A stretch of 64,000 nucleotides of DNA from Porticoccaceae bacterium (GCA_041603535.1 JBFIEE010000008.1:3169-67168), one strand, 5' to 3'; shown: positions 1-10,004, counted from the stretch's first letter. Translations and numbers: made by a program. Notes: a model not told the origin generated them from the letters alone.

Positions 1-1
1 G

Positions 2-286
2 CCTGGAATGTTGGTTGAGGTAGTGCTGCGAAGTTCACCCGTGGCAGACACCTGGAAGGTGCCAGCGTCCGCTGTTCAGTCAGGTCAGGTTATCTGGCAG
101 GTGGATGAAAGCGCCACATTGCGTCGCGTTGAGCCGCAGATCATCGCGACCCTGTCTGATAGCGTGATCGTGCGATTGCCTGTGAACACTGACTCTGTGC
201 TGGTGGTGGATGCGCCCATCAGCGGTGTCATAGAGGGCGCCAAAGTCGTGGTGCTTGACTCGCAGGATAAGCCCGGCCGTGAGTGA
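2..286 (+). CDS. RND efflux periplasmic adaptor (MFP/HlyD family), C-terminal fragment; the 5' end lies outside the window
   Basis: The frame is open from the window edge. The stop TGA 284-286 overlaps the start region of the downstream RND permease, which is the typical MFP-RND coupling. The sequence is consistent with an MFP C-terminal barrel segment. Confidence 0.55.
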   Translation, partial: PGMLVEVVLRSSPVADTWKVPASAVQSGQVIWQVDESATLRRVEPQIIATLSDSVIVRLPVNTDSVLVVDAPISGVIEGAKVVVLDSQDKPGRE

Positions 287-302
287 GGGAGACGCGGGCC
301 GG

Positions 303-3300
303 GTGAATAATCGCTTATCGCTTGTTGGGTGGTTTGCCAACAACAGCGTGGCCGCCAATATCATCATGGTTTTTCTGCTGGTGGGTGGGTTTATAGCTGC
401 CCGCAGCATGATTACCGAAACATTTCCTTCCCTGGATCCACGCACCATTACCATCGCTACCCCCTACCCAGGCGCGACTCCCCACGATGTTGAGGAAAGT
501 ATAACCCGGCGTGTCGAGGAGGCAGTGATCGGTATACAGGGGGTCAAACGGGTGACCTCAAGCGCCAATGAAGGTGCTGGCGTGGTAACCGTGGTGATGG
601 AGGATTTTGCCAACCAGAATCAGGTGCTGGACGACGTACAAACTGCGGTGGATGGGCTGGTTGACTTCCCGCCCGAAGAGGCCGAGGAGCCGTCCATCAT
701 CAAAACCAAGCGGATTTCCAGCATGATGTCGCTGGCGGTGTTCGGCGCTGTCGATGAACGTACGCTTCACTACTGGGCGGAAAAGGTGGAAAGCGAGATG
801 TTGCAGTTGCCTGAGGTGACGCTGATTGATGTCACCGGTGGACGCAATCTGGAAATTGCCATCGAGGTCAGTGAAGAAACACTGCGCCACTACGGATTGA
901 CCATAGACGATGTCTCTCGTCGCATCGCCGAATTTTCTATCGACGTTCCGGGGGGAACCCTGCGCACTGAAGCCGGCGACATACTGATTCGAGTACAGAG
1001 CAAGCGCTATACCGGCGCAGAGTTTGCGGATATTACTATCCGTAGTCGTAAAGATGGCGCGAGGCTGAGGCTCGGCGAAATTGCAACCATTCGCGATGGC
1101 TTTGAAGATACGCAGGTTATCAATCACTACAACGGTAAACCGGCACTTTTCGTCCAGGTATCGCGCAGCGATACCCAGGATACCCTCGATACCGAGCGCG
1201 CCATCAAGGCGTATCTGGCGACCCTGCGATTACCCGTCGGGCTTAATATAGAAATATGGCGGAATTCTACCGATGTGTTGCGGGATCGTATTAGCCTGAT
1301 GGTGCGTAACGGCATTCTTGGCTACGTTCTGGTTTTCCTCAGCCTGTTGCTGTTTCTGGATTTGAAGCTGGCGTTCTGGACCAGTCTGGGTATACCTATA
1401 TCGTTCATGGGTGGTCTATTGCTGGTATCTGTTACCGGTATCACGATGAACATGATTACCCTGTTTGCATTGATTATCGTATTGGGCATCGTGGTTGATG
1501 ACGCCATTGTCACCGGCGAAAGCATTTTTAACGAGCAGGAGAAAAACCCAAATAATCCGAATGCGGTGCTGGATGGCGTGTTCCTGGTCAAGGCACCAGT
1601 TACCATCGGAGTGTTGACCACTATTGCAGCCTTTGCCCCATTGGTATTTTCGACGGGAGCGATGGCGCAAATCATGCTGCCAGTACCGCTGATCGTTATC
1701 GGTATTCTGGCGGTGTCATTGATTGAGGCGTTTTACATATTGCCAGCCCACCTGGCTTCTACCTCCCGCTGGAGCCTGGGTTTGTTAGCCGCTTTACGCG
1801 ATAAGACCCATGGGGGCCTGGCGCGCTTTATTGAGCATAGGGTGGTACCTTCCATTACCCTTGGCCTGCGTTATCGCTACGTTGCTGTTGCGATTGGATG
1901 TGCGACCATTATTATTGCGCTGGGTATTTTTCAGGGCGGCTTCGTGCGTTTTATTTTCTTCCCGCAGATTGACAGTGATCACATTACCGTTAACCTCAAA
2001 ATGCCGGTAGGCACGCCTTTCGAAACGACCTACCAGTACGCGGCGAAAATTCTTCAAGCCGGTGAAACAATGGCCCGTGAAACTGATGCCTTGATTGCCG
2101 CGGAGCAACCCGCTGAGCAATCTATTGTCGAGGCGATCTCGTTCACTGTCGGTAGTCAGGGAGCGGATACGACAGGGCCCATGGCGAGCAGTGCCAGTGC
2201 TAATGCAACCAACCTGGCGCAAATCCGCATGGAACTGGTTCCCGGTGATCAACGGCCATTCTCCTCCAGTGAACTCGAGCGTCGCTGGCGAAAAAATACG
2301 CCGCTGATCCCGGGCGCGGAGAGCCTGACGTTCAGCAGCAGCCTGGTTCGCGCGGGCGATGATGTAAATGTGGAGCTGTCTCACCGTGATGAGCGGGTCT
2401 TAGCCAGCGCTGCTACGCAGCTCAAGCAGTCCCTCGGCTTGCTTGAGGGTGTCAGCGAAGTAGAGGACAGCTTTGAACCGGGCAAACGGGAATATGTATT
2501 TGCACTCACCTCGGCCGGATTAGCGGCGGGCCTGACACCGGTCGACGTCGGTCGTCAACTACGTTTTGCCTACTATGGCGCAGAAGTGCATCGTGTCCAG
2601 CGCGGGCGCAATGAACTCAAAGTGATGGTGCGTTACCCCCAGGCACAGCGGCGAACACTTAGCGATCTTTACAATACCCGTATTCGACTTAAAGATGGCA
2701 CGGAAATGGATTTGCGCACGGCGGCGGTGATTAGCGAGCAGCGCGGCTATTCGCGAATTGAACGCGTCGACGGTCATCGCATTGTCAGCGTCAGCGCCAA
2801 CGTCGAAGAGGCGGTTACCACGCCGGATGATGTCATTGCCAGTCTGCGTGAAACGGTGCTTCCCGAGCTTCTGGTCGCGTATCCAGGCCTGTCTCACTCC
2901 TTTGCCGGGATCAGCCGCGATCAAAGCGACGATATGCAGTCTCTACTGCGCAATCTGGTGATCGCGGTGATGGTGATGTTTGTCATGCTGGCATCGCAAC
3001 TGCGCAGTTACGTACAGCCGCTGGTTATTCTCAGTGCGATTCCTTTTGGTTTTGTTGGCTCGCTGCTGGGTCACCTGATCATGGGTTTCGATATCTCGTT
3101 TATATCCATGTTCGGCATGATAGCTTTATCTGGTGTAGTGATTAACGATTCTCTGGTGCTGGTCGACTATTTCAATCATCTGCGGGCAGAGCAGGGCCTC
3201 GATATCAAAGATGCGCTGATCGCCGCTGTCGCCCGTCGGTTTCGGCCGATTTTGCTAACCACCATGACCACCAGCCTTGGCCTGTTGCCGATGCTCCTGG

Positions 3301-3473
3301 AAACTAGCTTGCAGGCAAGATTTCTTATTCCCATGGCCATTAGCATCGCTTTTGGCATTCTTTATGCCAGCACGGTGATTATATTTCTGGTGCCAGCATT
3401 AATTCTTATCGCTGAGGATTGCAAAGCGCTGGGCCGGACGCTTATTGGCCGCCAGCACGAAGCGTCTACATAA
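303..3473 (+). CDS. Efflux RND transporter permease (AcrB/AcrD/AcrF superfamily)
   Basis: A roughly 1060-aa ORF. The N-terminus NRLSLVGWFANNSVAANIIM is typical of RND pumps, and the protein has two large periplasmic loops and two TM bundles. The ORF opens at 255 (TTG); in-frame GTGs at 279 and 303 are alternative starts. Confidence 0.9.
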   Translation: MNNRLSLVGWFANNSVAANIIMVFLLVGGFIAARSMITETFPSLDPRTITIATPYPGATPHDVEESITRRVEEAVIGIQGVKRVTSSANEGAGVVTVVMEDFANQNQVLDDVQTAVDGLVDFPPEEAEEPSIIKTKRISSMMSLAVFGAVDERTLHYWAEKVESEMLQLPEVTLIDVTGGRNLEIAIEVSEETLRHYGLTIDDVSRRIAEFSIDVPGGTLRTEAGDILIRVQSKRYTGAEFADITIRSRKDGARLRLGEIATIRDGFEDTQVINHYNGKPALFVQVSRSDTQDTLDTERAIKAYLATLRLPVGLNIEIWRNSTDVLRDRISLMVRNGILGYVLVFLSLLLFLDLKLAFWTSLGIPISFMGGLLLVSVTGITMNMITLFALIIVLGIVVDDAIVTGESIFNEQEKNPNNPNAVLDGVFLVKAPVTIGVLTTIAAFAPLVFSTGAMAQIMLPVPLIVIGILAVSLIEAFYILPAHLASTSRWSLGLLAALRDKTHGGLARFIEHRVVPSITLGLRYRYVAVAIGCATIIIALGIFQGGFVRFIFFPQIDSDHITVNLKMPVGTPFETTYQYAAKILQAGETMARETDALIAAEQPAEQSIVEAISFTVGSQGADTTGPMASSASANATNLAQIRMELVPGDQRPFSSSELERRWRKNTPLIPGAESLTFSSSLVRAGDDVNVELSHRDERVLASAATQLKQSLGLLEGVSEVEDSFEPGKREYVFALTSAGLAAGLTPVDVGRQLRFAYYGAEVHRVQRGRNELKVMVRYPQAQRRTLSDLYNTRIRLKDGTEMDLRTAAVISEQRGYSRIERVDGHRIVSVSANVEEAVTTPDDVIASLRETVLPELLVAYPGLSHSFAGISRDQSDDMQSLLRNLVIAVMVMFVMLASQLRSYVQPLVILSAIPFGFVGSLLGHLIMGFDISFISMFGMIALSGVVINDSLVLVDYFNHLRAEQGLDIKDALIAAVARRFRPILLTTMTTSLGLLPMLLETSLQARFLIPMAISIAFGILYASTVIIFLVPALILIAEDCKALGRTLIGRQHEAST

Positions 3474-3526
3474 TGCGGGGCGCTGTTTCTACAGGTCTAT
3501 TGGAGCTTGCGTTGACGGCACGAAGG

Positions 3527-3555
3527 TTGACAGTCATATGTAGAGCTGTCTAAAT
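3527..3555 (+). promoter_or_regulatory. Sigma70-like promoter candidate for the zinc-ribbon gene
   Basis: TTGACA (3527-3532), a 17-nt spacer and CTAAAT (3550-3555), about 70 nt upstream of ATG 3628. Confidence 0.45.
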
Positions 3556-3627
3556 GAAGAGCGCGGAGTAGAGCTAAAAAAATACCGCGAGTCAAGCACA
3601 GATATAACGAACCAGGGAGTCGAATTC

Positions 3628-4005
3628 ATGGAGTGTCCTAAATGTCAGCGAGAAATGCTAAGGCGAACGTTTAACCGTGTCACTGTAGACAGATGCACCG
3701 GCTGTTTTGGTTTATTTTGTGAGCCAGCCGCCATTGAGGACGGCAAGGAAGTGTGGCTGGCTGAAGCGGTGGTCGATATCGGTTATCCGAGAACGGGGGC
3801 GCGTTACGATACGATTGACGATATCGACTGTCCTGAGTGCAAAGTCAAAATGGACAAAATTTCGGACCCGGAGCAGACACACATCTGGATGGAATCCTGC
3901 CCCCAATGTAATAAAATATTTCTCGATGCGGGAGAGTTTACCGATCTGAAATATAACACCGTTCTGGATCGTATTCGCGGTTGGCGTAAAGGTCAGCGAC
4001 TCTAG
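3628..4005 (+). CDS. Double zinc-ribbon protein (zf-TFIIB-like domains), function unknown
   Basis: Two CxxC...CxxC modules (CPKC...CTGC and CPEC...CPQC). GGGAG SD lies 8-13 nt upstream of the ATG. Confidence 0.7.
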   Translation: MECPKCQREMLRRTFNRVTVDRCTGCFGLFCEPAAIEDGKEVWLAEAVVDIGYPRTGARYDTIDDIDCPECKVKMDKISDPEQTHIWMESCPQCNKIFLDAGEFTDLKYNTVLDRIRGWRKGQRL

Positions 4006-4021
4006 GTCCTGGCCTGCGGTA

Positions 4022-4489
4022 TCAGGTTTTCTTGGTCATTCTATCGAGTGCGCCCATGGCAAACGCTGACGCCACAAAAGTTAGATGTAAAATGATGTAC
4101 CAGAGTAATTTGTCATTGCTAATGTTCTCTGCGTTCATAAATATTTTTAATAAATGAATGCTAGAGATAGCCACGATACTGGCGGCGATTTTCATTTTTA
4201 GCGAAGACGAATCCATTTTGCCCAACCAGCCGAGCTTTTCTTCTTCCTCCGCAACATTCAGCTGTGAGACGAAATTTTCGTAACCGCTGATCATGACCAT
4301 GACGAGGAGACCCCCAACCATGGCGATGTCGATGAGCGACAGGATGACCAGAATCAGGTCAGCTTCGGCAATCGCCAACACGCGCGGGAGCATGTGGAAG
4401 ACTTCCTGAAAGAATTTTATTCCCAACGCGAGTAGCGCCAGCGCGAGCCCCAGGTAGATGGGCGCAAGCAGCCAGCGCGATCGATACAT
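4022..4489 (-). CDS. yqhA: UPF0114 family inner-membrane protein (YqhA-like)
   Basis: [27 protein letters not shown]... matches the YqhA/TIGR00645-type N-terminus. The ORF extends to 4576, but ATG 4489 fits the family length. Confidence 0.75.
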   Translation of the reverse strand: MYRSRWLLAPIYLGLALALLALGIKFFQEVFHMLPRVLAIAEADLILVILSLIDIAMVGGLLVMVMISGYENFVSQLNVAEEEEKLGWLGKMDSSSLKMKIAASIVAISSIHLLKIFMNAENISNDKLLWYIILHLTFVASAFAMGALDRMTKKT

Positions 4490-4790
4490 GGTTTTTTCAA
4501 TAACTATTTCAAGCTGACTTATTGGCAAGCTGTGGCATCCTGTGTGGGTAGAGTTTGCGTTACATCGCCGCGCCAAAGCACGGCGAGTGCGATTCTACTA
4601 GCGTCTATGTCAGAGTGCTACCTGTCGACGTAGATGCTGATAACTGCCGACAACCTGATATGACTGCTCAGGCAAAGCTGAACAGGGAAAACCGATTTGC
4701 CATAAGCAGGTCTGATTAAGGCCGGGCTCTGGTTGGCTCGGGAGAACAGGCCGGATCGCGCGAACAGGGCGGCTTAGCCCGCCTGCCTCG

Positions 4791-4821
4791 TAGGCGCGGG
4801 GCAGGGGCTTTAGGCGCGGGG
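4791..4821. repeat. Direct repeat TAGGCGCGGGG x2 with a 20-bp period
   Basis: Copies at 4791-4801 and 4811-4821, immediately downstream of the amidohydrolase stop codon (4825-4827 on the minus strand). Confidence 0.6.
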
Positions 4822-4824
4822 ATG

Positions 4825-6021
4825 TCAGGGCTGGGGTGGGGTGAAATTGAACAGGCGTGCTGCATTGGCCCCCAACAGCTTTTTGCGGGTTTCCGATTTC
4901 AGATGACCCATGGTGCGTTCTATGGCTTCTGCGGAGTGGGGCCAGGTGCCTTCATGATGCGGGTAGTCATTGGCCCACAGAAAATTGTCGACCAGGCCAG
5001 CGCCTTCCACCAGCGCCAAACCCGCCGGATCTTCCTGGAAGCTTGAAAAGCCATGGGCGCGATAGTAGTCGCTGGGCAGGCCCTGTAGCTTTGGTCGCGC
5101 CCACATATGGTGTTTTTTGTAGGCTTCGTCCATGGCATTGAGCGCCCACGGAATCCAGCCAATACCCGCTTCGATGGTGGCGAACTTCAATTTCGAGTAC
5201 TTTTCGAGGACACCGGATGCACACAGGCTGGCAACCGGTTCAATGGTCGGGGACAGGGAATGGGAAACATAATTGATGACTGCGCCGCCATTACCTCTGG
5301 CGGCCCGCGGGTCACGACCGGTGGAAATATGAAAGGTGATCGGCAGGCCGGTTTCTTCAATCAGCGCCCACATAGGGTCAAATATTGGTAAGTTGTAGTT
5401 GGGGTCATCATGGTGGTGAGCCCCGAATACGGGCTTGCATGGCAGGCATAAACCCTTGAAACCGAGCGCCGCGCAGCGCTCGATTTCTGCCATGCCGGTT
5501 TCGATATTCGACGTGGTAATACAGGCCATTGGTGCGAGACGATCGTTGTAGGGGCCAAATAACTCCCAGGCCCAGTCGTTCCACACGCGGCACATCTCTG
5601 TCGCAAAGGCGGCATCGTTGGTGGCCCACATCATCAGGCCTTTGTTGGGGAAGAGGACTTCCGCATCGACACCGTCCATTTTCAGATCAGCCAGGCGACC
5701 TTCCGGCAACTTGCCAGCTTTATTGCGGGCCAGGTCTTCGCCGACAAAGGCATGTTCGCGAATTTTTACCCGGCGAGAACCTTCAGATAAGGTCCATTTC
5801 TCGCCTTTTTCATCAACTTCTACCCGTGGCAGGCGAGACCTGTATTTTTCTGCGACCCGGTCGCTAAATAAATTGGGTGGTTCGTTAACATGACCATCAG
5901 CGGAAACAATAAACAGCTTGTTGGGGTCATCGGCCCGCGCAGTTTGCGGCCAGCCCTCGGCACCAGGTGTTTCGAGACGCCACAGGTTGGGCTCATTGAT
6001 CTCGATGTTGCTCTGTTCCAT
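4825..6021 (-). CDS. Amidohydrolase-2 family metal-dependent hydrolase or decarboxylase (ACMSD-like fold)
   Basis: A 398-aa ORF. VSADGHVNEPP near the N-terminus is the metal-binding HxH-like start of amidohydrolase_2 proteins; HISTGRD and WANDYPHHEG motifs occur later. Confidence 0.75.
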   Translation of the reverse strand: MEQSNIEINEPNLWRLETPGAEGWPQTARADDPNKLFIVSADGHVNEPPNLFSDRVAEKYRSRLPRVEVDEKGEKWTLSEGSRRVKIREHAFVGEDLARNKAGKLPEGRLADLKMDGVDAEVLFPNKGLMMWATNDAAFATEMCRVWNDWAWELFGPYNDRLAPMACITTSNIETGMAEIERCAALGFKGLCLPCKPVFGAHHHDDPNYNLPIFDPMWALIEETGLPITFHISTGRDPRAARGNGGAVINYVSHSLSPTIEPVASLCASGVLEKYSKLKFATIEAGIGWIPWALNAMDEAYKKHHMWARPKLQGLPSDYYRAHGFSSFQEDPAGLALVEGAGLVDNFLWANDYPHHEGTWPHSAEAIERTMGHLKSETRKKLLGANAARLFNFTPPQP

Positions 6022-6041
6022 GTTTGCTGCCTCTTTTTTAT

Positions 6042-6091
6042 GGTGGGGCGAACTGTGGGCTGAATTGCGGGTTTAAAGGGTGGGGCGAACT
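6042..6091. repeat. 13-bp exact direct repeat GGTGGGGCGAACT x2, 37 bp apart
   Basis: Copies at 6042-6054 and 6079-6091, 21-70 bp upstream of the amidohydrolase start (6021, minus strand). Confidence 0.7.
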
Positions 6092-6182
6092 ACCAGGGGT
6101 TTGGCGTTGCCAAGTAAGTGCTGATGCGCAGCTATCTCCTTGTAGACCTTTTTCCATTAAGCAATCGTGTTTCCGCTAATGA

Positions 6183-6635
6183 TCAGGCCAGTTGCCACTG
6201 CACCAGCGTAAACGGTACTTTACCTTCGGGGTGGTGTTCGAATACGGCTGTAACCGGCGCACCGATGGAAATGTCCTGGCGAGGATCGCCCAGCAGGTTG
6301 CCGACCATACGAATATTGTTGGCTTCGGGTAGCTCAACGAGCACGACAATATAGGGGCCATGCTCCTGTAAGGCAGGGTGTACCGGATGCCAGACACGCT
6401 CCCAGCTATAAATGAGACCGGTGCCCGTTACTTCGCTCCAACCCAGATCAAAAGATCGGCAACTGTGGCACAGCCACTCCGGGCCCCACTGCCACTCATG
6501 GCATGATTTGCATCGCTGCACCAATAGTTTATTGTCTTTGAGCCCTTCCCAATAGGGTGTGTCCAGTCCGTCCCGGCTCGGCATGGGGGCTGGCAGTCCT
6601 GGGGGAAGATAGCTATTTGAGTCTGCGCTGCTCAT
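6183..6635 (-). CDS. Zn-ribbon/OB-fold protein (DUF35 family), partner of the thiolase-like protein
   Basis: CKSCHEWQWGPEWLCHSCRS zinc ribbon followed by an OB-fold-like C-terminus. The start overlaps the upstream gene's stop as ATGA (6632-6635). Confidence 0.8.
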   Translation of the reverse strand: MSSADSNSYLPPGLPAPMPSRDGLDTPYWEGLKDNKLLVQRCKSCHEWQWGPEWLCHSCRSFDLGWSEVTGTGLIYSWERVWHPVHPALQEHGPYIVVLVELPEANNIRMVGNLLGDPRQDISIGAPVTAVFEHHPEGKVPFTLVQWQLA

Positions 6636-7822
6636 GCGAGAGTCTCCTGGCTGCCAAAAATGCAGTTGCTGACGGGTGTCACCATGGGGCCTGAAGTGAC
6701 CATGGACACACTGGCTCCGACTACCTGATTGGTAGACTCTCCACGGATCTGGCGTACCGCCTCGATAATGAGCTCAAGGCCATGCATGTAACATTCCGCT
6801 AGATTGCCGCCGCTGGTATTGAGCGGCAATTTACCGGTGGGTGCCAATAGATTGTCATAACGAATGAACTCGTTGGCTTCTTCATGGGTGCAGAAACCAT
6901 GTTCAATGATTGACATCACCACACCGCCGGTAAAGTTTTCGTAGCTTTGCAGCACATCCACATCCTCAGGGCCGACACCGGCCATGCTGTAGAGGCGTGG
7001 CGCCAGCGAAGTAAAACTGGATGTCGCGTAAAGTGGTGCATTGTGACAGGGTGCCGCATTGCGGTATTCAGAACCAGCAGTTGCGCCGAGAAGATAGGCT
7101 GGTTTCTGTTTCATGTGCTTCGCTTTGTCGGCGGAGACCAGCACCATGGCCGCGGCGCCGTCATTTTCCATGCAGCAGTCGTAAAGTTGATAGGGCTCGA
7201 CGATCCAGCGCGCATCATCATATTTCTCGGCGCTCAGGGGGCGACCGTGCATTACCGCCCTGGGGTTATTCTGAGCGTGTTGATAGGTCGCCAGCGACAC
7301 GGCTTTATAGGTATCACGGGTGACGCCGGTCTCATGGAGGTGCCGGGTGCAGCGCATGGCGAACATCTGCGCTGGCGACATCATGCCATAGGGGATGGTG
7401 TAGGCCGGGTCTCCGGACACGCCGGACGATTTTGGCCCCTGGCCAAAGCGGGCAAACTGGCCCTGCGCCAGGGCACGAAATACCACCACGCAGTCCGCCA
7501 CCCCCGTCGCGATGGCCGCCGCCGCATTGGCAACCGCAGCACTGCCACCACCACCACCGCCACCCCACTGCATGTTGGCGAATTTTAGTTCGTGCATGCC
7601 GAGCGCGGCGGACAAACGCGACGGATCGCTGCGATCATTGCTGAATGACGAAAACCCGTCGATTTCGCGGGGGTCAAGGCCGGCGTCGTCACAGGCCGCG
7701 AGAACGGCTTTTAGCGCCAGGACAAATTCAGGGTCTTGCGAACCGCCGCGTTTGTAGTAGACGGTTTCACCAACACCGACCACTGCGACTTTGCCTCTGA
7801 GTGTTCTGTTGGTCATATTCAA
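6632..7822 (-). CDS. Thiolase-like (SCP-x/lipid-transfer-type) protein lacking the nucleophilic Cys
   Basis: A 396-aa thiolase fold (VAVVGVGET..., NTSGGNLAECYMHG). The nucleophile region reads QWGGGGGGGSAAV, with seven Gly codons at 7544-7564. Confidence 0.75.
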   Translation of the reverse strand: MNMTNRTLRGKVAVVGVGETVYYKRGGSQDPEFVLALKAVLAACDDAGLDPREIDGFSSFSNDRSDPSRLSAALGMHELKFANMQWGGGGGGGSAAVANAAAAIATGVADCVVVFRALAQGQFARFGQGPKSSGVSGDPAYTIPYGMMSPAQMFAMRCTRHLHETGVTRDTYKAVSLATYQHAQNNPRAVMHGRPLSAEKYDDARWIVEPYQLYDCCMENDGAAAMVLVSADKAKHMKQKPAYLLGATAGSEYRNAAPCHNAPLYATSSFTSLAPRLYSMAGVGPEDVDVLQSYENFTGGVVMSIIEHGFCTHEEANEFIRYDNLLAPTGKLPLNTSGGNLAECYMHGLELIIEAVRQIRGESTNQVVGASVSMVTSGPMVTPVSNCIFGSQETLA

Positions 7823-8260
7823 TTGCCAGTCATGAGTAATTTTTTTAATTGGTCTGTTTGTGTTGCTATAACGCCGAGCGGATCATCAGACTGTTTAGCG
7901 TGCTGGTCGCCATGTCTCGCGTGAACTGCCGGAGCGTATGTTGTACCACCGAACATAATTGAGACGTGGTGAATCTGCTGCGCCTGGCGAGACTGGTTCG
8001 GTGGGTCGCCCAGGCCACTGACAAATTCACGATACCGTAAATCGCCGACTCGCCCGTGTATGGCGTGAGCGCCCCGGTGATGGGGTAGTTATAGTTGGTT
8101 CTCGCATCGCCTGTCAAACGAAGCGGTCAGGGGCTGCTGATTATTTTCTGTTACGTGGCCTGTTTTTAGGTATATTCGTTGTCCAAAACTGAGTGCGTAT
8201 AACGTAGCGAAGTATCTTGTTGAAAACTCCGAAACCAGATAAAGGATAGAGAAGGCCGCC

Positions 8261-9295
8261 ATGAAAATAGATGTCATGAGTAATCCCCGGGAGCTCCACG
8301 CTATTCAAACTCAGGCTCGGGACATAGAGCAGTCGGGCTTCAGCGGCATTACCTTCACTGAGGGTGGTCGCACGGCTTATCTATCTGTAGCCGCAGCAGC
8401 GCTGGCCACGGAAAAACTTGAGTTTGCCACTGGCATTGCGGTGGCTTTCCCGCGTAGCCCCATGGTCACTGCCGCCTGCGCCTGGGAACTTCAGGAGGCC
8501 AGTCGGGGCCGGTTTCGGCTCGGCCTTGGCACGCAGGTGCGCGCCCACATCACTCGTCGCTACGGTGTCGAGTTCGATCCGCCGGGTCCGCGAATGCGCG
8601 ACTATATCGGTGCACTAAAAGCTATTTTCAAGGCGTACCAGGGTGAAGCAAAGCTTGATTACCAAGGCCCCTATTATCAGTTGACGCTGCTGAACCAGAT
8701 GTGGTCGCCCGGACCGATTGCTTACCCTGCGCCCGCCATCGACGCGGCAGCGGTCAACCCGTACATGCTGAAAATGGCTGGCGAATTGTGCGACGGCGTA
8801 CAGGTGCATCCGTTCCATAGTCAAAAATACATCACGGATATGTTGCTGCCTGCGGTCGCCGAGGGCGCAGCTAAGGCTCAGCGCGATCCAGCCGAGGTTG
8901 AACTGCTCGTTCCCGTGCTCACCATTGTCGGCAACAACGAAAAAGAAAAAGCGGCTTCGCGGGAGTTCTGCCGCCAGCAGGTGGCTTTTTATGGCTCGAC
9001 ACCAAACTATGCTTTTCAATTCGACTTGCTGGGCTTTGATGGCACCACTGCGAAAATACGTGAGCGCCAGAAGGCTGGCGATATGGCGGGTATGTCGGCA
9101 GTGATCAGCGATGAGATATTGCAACATTACACCGTTGAAGCCAGTTGGGATGATCTGGCAGACAGGCTGTTGGGGCGATATCGGGGCGTCGCTGAGCGCC
9201 TGATTATTTACACCGCGGGAATGGACTACGCTCGTGATCCGAGTTCCATTGGTCGTTGGGGGGAAGTCGCCAGAGCGGTGATCGCACAGGACTAG
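8261..9295 (+). CDS. Luciferase-like monooxygenase (LLM class flavin/F420-type oxidoreductase)
   Basis: A 344-aa ORF with LLM-type TIM-barrel sequence (RFRLGLGTQVRAHITRRYG). GAAGG SD lies upstream. Confidence 0.75.
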   Translation: MKIDVMSNPRELHAIQTQARDIEQSGFSGITFTEGGRTAYLSVAAAALATEKLEFATGIAVAFPRSPMVTAACAWELQEASRGRFRLGLGTQVRAHITRRYGVEFDPPGPRMRDYIGALKAIFKAYQGEAKLDYQGPYYQLTLLNQMWSPGPIAYPAPAIDAAAVNPYMLKMAGELCDGVQVHPFHSQKYITDMLLPAVAEGAAKAQRDPAEVELLVPVLTIVGNNEKEKAASREFCRQQVAFYGSTPNYAFQFDLLGFDGTTAKIRERQKAGDMAGMSAVISDEILQHYTVEASWDDLADRLLGRYRGVAERLIIYTAGMDYARDPSSIGRWGEVARAVIAQD

Positions 9296-9296
9296 T

Positions 9297-10004
9297 TCAC
9301 CGAGGTGGATCAAGACGGCTGCCGGTAGAATTATTCACCCGATACCAACCGGTGACGCTGTAGCGATTATTTTTCGTGGCAAGCACTTCGTGCGGGAAGT
9401 CTTCGCTGAGGAACACCGCCAGCGTGCCCGATAGTGGCGCGACCCGGGCGACGATGTCGCTACCTGCATCGGCGTAGATAACGAGTTCGCCAGCATCTTC
9501 GGGTACCCAGTTCGGGTTGAGATAGGCAACCACGGACAGTACGCGGTTAGCCTGACCCTTAAAGGCGTCACGGTGTATTTTGTAAAAGTCGCCGGGGCGG
9601 TAACGGGAAAAATGACTTTCAAAGGAAAACAGACCGAGCAAGAGCGTTCGATTAAGGTAGGTCTGGAGCAGCGCGGTCCAGGCTAACCATTGGCGTTGAG
9701 CCGCTGTTTCACCGCCAATCCAGAGGATGTCATTGCGGCGAACCCCCTTATTACATGTGCGATGGTTCTGCCGTCCTATACCGCCTCTGGCAAAAATGCT
9801 GTCTGGAACCTGCTGGATTTCCAGCAATAAAGCGCTGGCCAACGTAACCGGGAAAGCATTGGGCGTTATGCTGTAACCGTGCTGCAGGAGATCGCTTGCC
9901 ATGCGGGCGAAGGTGGTCTCTCCGCCGGCGACGCCAACCGTTTCATAAGGCCGATGACCGGATAGCAGATGGACTGATGTGGGGCGAAGTTGCGATACGG
10001 TCAT
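9297..10004 (-). CDS. 2OG-Fe(II) oxygenase superfamily protein (prolyl-hydroxylase-like)
   Basis: HRD...H facial-triad context (FYKIHRDAF ... FPHEV ... RYSVTGWYR). Confidence 0.7.
   Translation of the reverse strand: MTVSQLRPTSVHLLSGHRPYETVGVAGGETTFARMASDLLQHGYSITPNAFPVTLASALLLEIQQVPDSIFARGGIGRQNHRTCNKGVRRNDILWIGGETAAQRQWLAWTALLQTYLNRTLLLGLFSFESHFSRYRPGDFYKIHRDAFKGQANRVLSVVAYLNPNWVPEDAGELVIYADAGSDIVARVAPLSGTLAVFLSEDFPHEVLATKNNRYSVTGWYRVNNSTGSRLDPPR

Noticed and set aside
3517-3530. A sigma54-like element GGCACG-N4-TTGA upstream of the zinc-ribbon gene.
   Set aside because: The -12 element lacks the conserved GC (TTGA rather than TTGC). The same bases form a good sigma70 -35 TTGACA with a properly spaced -10.
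7866-8117. An 83-aa ORF upstream of the thiolase-like gene in the 438-bp divergent region, which could be a small first gene or a gene remnant.
   Set aside because: It has a TTG start with no SD, no internal ATG until about residue 68, and no recognisable motif. I cannot support it as a gene.
8261-9295. An F420-type LLM oxidoreductase in a gammaproteobacterium could hint at unusual cofactor use.
   Set aside because: The family label reflects the fold only. Many LLM proteins use FMN, and no F420 biosynthesis genes are visible here.
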